A DNA stretch of 64,000 nucleotides, taken from positions 50,106-114,105 of the forward strand of contig JAEUVV010000002.1 of NCBI GenBank assembly GCA_016786705.1, read 5' to 3'. Position 1 is the stretch's first letter. The number at the start of each line of letters is the position of its first letter. Both the position numbers and the translations under genes were made by a program. The notes beneath the pieces are model-generated. The model did no database searches, was not told the DNA's origin, and saw only the letters and a list, made by a program, of their open reading frames with translations. This document shows, piece after piece, positions 60,701 through 64,000 of this stretch. Source of the stretch: Taibaiella sp. (lineage in GTDB: Bacteria; Bacteroidota; Bacteroidia; Chitinophagales; Chitinophagaceae).

Positions 60701-63700
60701 TTATTTTGTATTTAAGTAATTGATTTGTGCTGTCAAAAGGTTTAACTGCTCTAAAGCATCTGTGTAATCAGACCGGACTTTTATCGATTGGTTGACCAGG
60801 ATCACCCAATCCAGGTAATTGATATCACCGGCAATATATTTTTCTTCAGCCGTTGTTAAAATTTGCCGGGCCCGGGGTAATTGCCGCGTTTCAAAATTGC
60901 TGACAATAAGCAATTGATTCCGGTAAGCGCTATTCAATTGTTCTAAGCTTGCATTGAGCTGCGCCTGCTTTAAAGCCAGCTCATTGGCCGCGATAGCTAC
61001 CTGTTGCCGGGAAGCCCTGATTGCCGCCCCCTGTGCCCTGTTGAAGATAGGAATACCAATCCCCAGTTGCACAGAGTTAAACCTTTGTGCCCCAAGGTTT
61101 TTCATAGTCTTATTTTCATAAGCGAATGAAAGGTCCGGCAAAAGTTTGCTCTTTTCATATTTTACCAGGGATTCGTTGATATGCAACTGGTTTTCCATTA
61201 GCCTAAGCTCAGGGTGCGATTGTCCGCTACCAGTACCAGCTCCCTGGGCCTGCTCCAGAGCAAGTTTAGGGCTGGCAGCAACCGGGATAACCTCTTCATC
61301 AGCTTGTGTCAGGAACTGCAATTGCAAGCCGGCAATACGGATCGCATTTGTTATAGCATTTAGCTGCACTTTTATTTGTTCCCTTTGGATTTCAGCAGTA
61401 CTTTGCTCCAGTAAATCGGCCGCACCTAAAGCGACCTTCAAGGCCGCCTTCTCGGCAAAGCTGGCATAAATACTATCGGAATACTGTAATAATCTATGTT
61501 GCTCCTGTAATACCAGTACCTGGTAAAATATTACTGAAATTTTCTGCTTGAGCTGCGCCCGGACCAATGCTTGCCCGGAAAGCGCATAATTCAATTCTTC
61601 CAGTAAAACTTCCTGCTTTCTTTTGTACACCACGGGAAAGCTCATACGCTGGCTAATACTAAAGCTATTGTCATTTTCAAGCCCTTCCGTCTGTCCATAT
61701 ACGGCGCCCAATTCTGCCTGTGGCACTTGCCAGGCTGTTTTGGTCGACAACTCCGCGTATTTTACTTTCAGCTCCGCGCCCGTAATGTCTTTATGCCTCC
61801 GGGCCGCCATTTCAAATGCCTGCTCTAAAGTAATGGATTGCTGCGCATTTGCCAGGATACCCGCTGAAAACATTGCCATCAGTAACATGACTGCTCGCTT
61901 TTTCCTTTTAAAGCGAGGCATTTTAATATGTTCAAACAGGATGTACAAGATCGGCAACACAAAAAGAGTAAGTAAAGTGGCCAGCATCAGTCCGCCAATC
62001 ACTACCGTTGCCAAAGGCCGCTGTACTTCAGCCCCGGAGCCATTACTGATCGCCATAGGCAAAAATCCCAGTGAAGCCACGAAAGCGGTCATCAGCACGG
62101 GCCTTAGCCGCATCCGGGTGCCGTGCAGCACGATACGGGTAGTATTCCTCAGGCCGCTTTTCCTGAGGCGGTTAAATTCCGCGATCAAAACAATACCATT
62201 CAGTACCGCTACGCCAAATAAGGCAATAAAGCCGATACCGGCACTAATACTAAAAGGCATGCCCCGCAGCGCCAGGAAATAAATACCACCAATGGCCGAA
62301 AGCGGGATCGCAGTATAGATCAACAAACTATGTTTTACAGAACCAAACGCGAAAAACAAGAGTAAAAAAATAAGTACTAAAGAGACAGGAACGGCAATGC
62401 CCAGGCGGGCTTTGGCCTGGTTCAGATTTTCAAATGCCCCGCCATAATTGATCGAATAGCTGCCGGGTAACTTTATCTCTTTCGCTACTTTCGACTGCAA
62501 TTCTTCTACAATACTCTGTACATCCCGACCTCTTGTATTAAAGCCTACAACGATCCTTCTCCGGCTTTCTTCCCGCTGTATTTGGTTAGGGCTGCTTTTC
62601 AGCTCAATAGCGGCCAGCTGATGCAGCGGCACCTGTATCCCGTTCGCGGCAGGGATAAGCAGGTTGCTGATCTGCCCGACATCCTGTTTTTGCTCATTAT
62701 CCATCCTTACCACGAGCTCAAACCTGCGCTCACCTTCAAATACCAGGCCGGTACTTTGGCCGGCCAATGCCATATTCACAACCCGGTTGGCCTCGCGGAT
62801 GCTGATACCATACCGGGCCAGGGCAGCCCTGTTAAAACCGATTACCAGCTGCGGCGCACCGGCTACCGGCTCTATATACAGGTCCTGGGCGCCTTTAACC
62901 GTATTGATAATACTACCCAGCCGCTCTGCAAGTATAGCAAGGCTATCCAGGTTTTCGCCATAGATCTTACAGACCACATCCTGCCGCGCCCCGGTCATCA
63001 ATTCATTAAAGCGCATCTGTACCGGGAACTGGAAACCTGTGGTCAGCCCCGGGATCACTTTTAAAGAATTACTCATTTTTTCCGCCAGTTCCGGGAAACT
63101 TTTAGCCGAGGTCCATTCAGCTTTTGGCCGGAGTACAATGATCATATCACCGGCATCCATAGGCATCGGCTCGGTAGGTATCTCCGCGCTGCCTATTTTC
63201 GTGACCACCTTTTGCACCTCGGGATATGCTTCCCGCAGGATAGCGGCAGCCTGGTTGGTCACCTCGATCGTTTTATTGATATTACTTCCCTGCAGGATGC
63301 GCATTTCTACGGCGAAGTCGCCTTCTTCCAGAGTCGGGATGAACTCGCCGCCTAGCCTTGTCAATACTAATACTGTACCCAGGAACAAAACAATAACGGT
63401 CGCGATCACCGCCTTACGGAATTTCAATGCCCTCACAAGGTATTTTTGATGGAGCAGCTCCAGCTTCGCCATCACCCGGTCTGATACACTAGCCTTGACT
63501 TTTATTTTACGGCTCAATACCAGGGCACTCATCATAGGGATATAAGTTAGCGAAAGAATAAACGCACCGATCAGGGCAAAAGCCACCGTTTGCGCCATCG
63601 GTTTGAACATTTTCCCTTCAATACCCTGGAGCGTTAAAATAGGCAGGTAAACAATCAGGATAATGATCTGCCCGAAAACGGCGCTGTTCGCCATTTTAGT

Positions 63701-64000
63701 AGCCGAACCGGTTACTTCCCCATCCATTTCTTTTCTACTCAAAATATTACTTTGTCCAAAGCTCTTTCTCTGCGCCAGCTGGTGCAATACGGCTTCCACG
63801 ATGATGACCGCGCCATCCACGATAAGACCGAAATCCAAAGCACCCAGGCTCATCAGGTTGCCCCCTACCCCGGACAGGTTCATCATAATGACCGCGAACA
63901 GCATCGCCAGGGGAATCACGGAGGCGACAAGAAGACCGGCCCTGAAATTACCTAAGAACAGTACCAGGATAAACACCACGATCAGCGCTCCCTCCATCAG
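60701..64000 (-). CDS. CusA/CzcA heavy-metal RND permease fused to a C-terminal TolC-like domain (5' end outside window)
   Basis: GALDFGLIVDGAVIIVE, GVAVLNG, RLRPVLMTA, QRPLATVVIGG, then about 380 aa of OEP-like sequence. Confidence 0.93.
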   Translation of the reverse strand: MMEGALIVVFILVLFLGNFRAGLLVASVIPLAMLFAVIMMNLSGVGGNLMSLGALDFGLIVDGAVIIVEAVLHQLAQRKSFGQSNILSRKEMDGEVTGSATKMANSAVFGQIIILIVYLPILTLQGIEGKMFKPMAQTVAFALIGAFILSLTYIPMMSALVLSRKIKVKASVSDRVMAKLELLHQKYLVRALKFRKAVIATVIVLFLGTVLVLTRLGGEFIPTLEEGDFAVEMRILQGSNINKTIEVTNQAAAILREAYPEVQKVVTKIGSAEIPTEPMPMDAGDMIIVLRPKAEWTSAKSFPELAEKMSNSLKVIPGLTTGFQFPVQMRFNELMTGARQDVVCKIYGENLDSLAILAERLGSIINTVKGAQDLYIEPVAGAPQLVIGFNRAALARYGISIREANRVVNMALAGQSTGLVFEGERRFELVVRMDNEQKQDVGQISNLLIPAANGIQVPLHQLAAIELKSSPNQIQREESRRRIVVGFNTRGRDVQSIVEELQSKVAKEIKLPGSYSINYGGAFENLNQAKARLGIAVPVSLVLIFLLLFFAFGSVKHSLLIYTAIPLSAIGGIYFLALRGMPFSISAGIGFIALFGVAVLNGIVLIAEFNRLRKSGLRNTTRIVLHGTRMRLRPVLMTAFVASLGFLPMAISNGSGAEVQRPLATVVIGGLMLATLLTLFVLPILYILFEHIKMPRFKRKKRAVMLLMAMFSAGILANAQQSITLEQAFEMAARRHKDITGAELKVKYAELSTKTAWQVPQAELGAVYGQTEGLENDNSFSISQRMSFPVVYKRKQEVLLEELNYALSGQALVRAQLKQKISVIFYQVLVLQEQHRLLQYSDSIYASFAEKAALKVALGAADLLEQSTAEIQREQIKVQLNAITNAIRIAGLQLQFLTQADEEVIPVAASPKLALEQAQGAGTGSGQSHPELRLMENQLHINESLVKYEKSKLLPDLSFAYENKTMKNLGAQRFNSVQLGIGIPIFNRAQGAAIRASRQQVAIAANELALKQAQLNASLEQLNSAYRNQLLIVSNFETRQLPRARQILTTAEEKYIAGDINYLDWVILVNQSIKVRSDYTDALEQLNLLTAQINYLNTK

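Noticed and set aside
1513-63955. Many short antisense or out-of-frame ORFs in the track (e.g. 36973-40225 over mfd, 50800-55107 over the giant gene, 61146-63955 over czcA)
   Set aside because: They lie wholly within confident genes and show no motifs; these are expected shadow ORFs
1-64000. CRISPR array, tRNA, rRNA, integrase or phage genes
   Set aside because: No regularly spaced repeats, cloverleafs or recombinase motifs seen

Overview
A 64-kb Bacteroidota chromosome segment; the TAnnTTTG promoters, T9SS cargo and gene content suggest Chitinophagaceae (inference). Housekeeping genes (uvrB, mfd, SNF2 helicase, rmuC, map, kdsD, paaG) are interleaved with many cell-envelope accessory loci. 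No rRNA, tRNA, CRISPR array or mobile element was recognised. The best candidate for an undescribed system is a three-gene operon at 30701-34688 that looks like a T9SS-anchored fibre built by donor-strand complementation. Two Sec-exported Ig-repeat proteins lack a T9SS CTD and stop one beta-strand short of a complete fold. That missing strand appears at the mature N-terminus of the next gene's product, and only the last protein carries the CTD, giving tip, shaft and anchor roles. Other notable loci are: an ECF/anti-sigma module built on barrel-less TonB plug domains with a shared promoter motif; an ECF-FecR-STN module using a small barrel instead of a TonB receptor; three tandem catalytically dead transglutaminase-like paralogs with mosaic near-identical ends; and a CzcA-TolC fusion with an internal signal-peptide-like junction. 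All calls come from reading the sequence by eye; no database searches were run.
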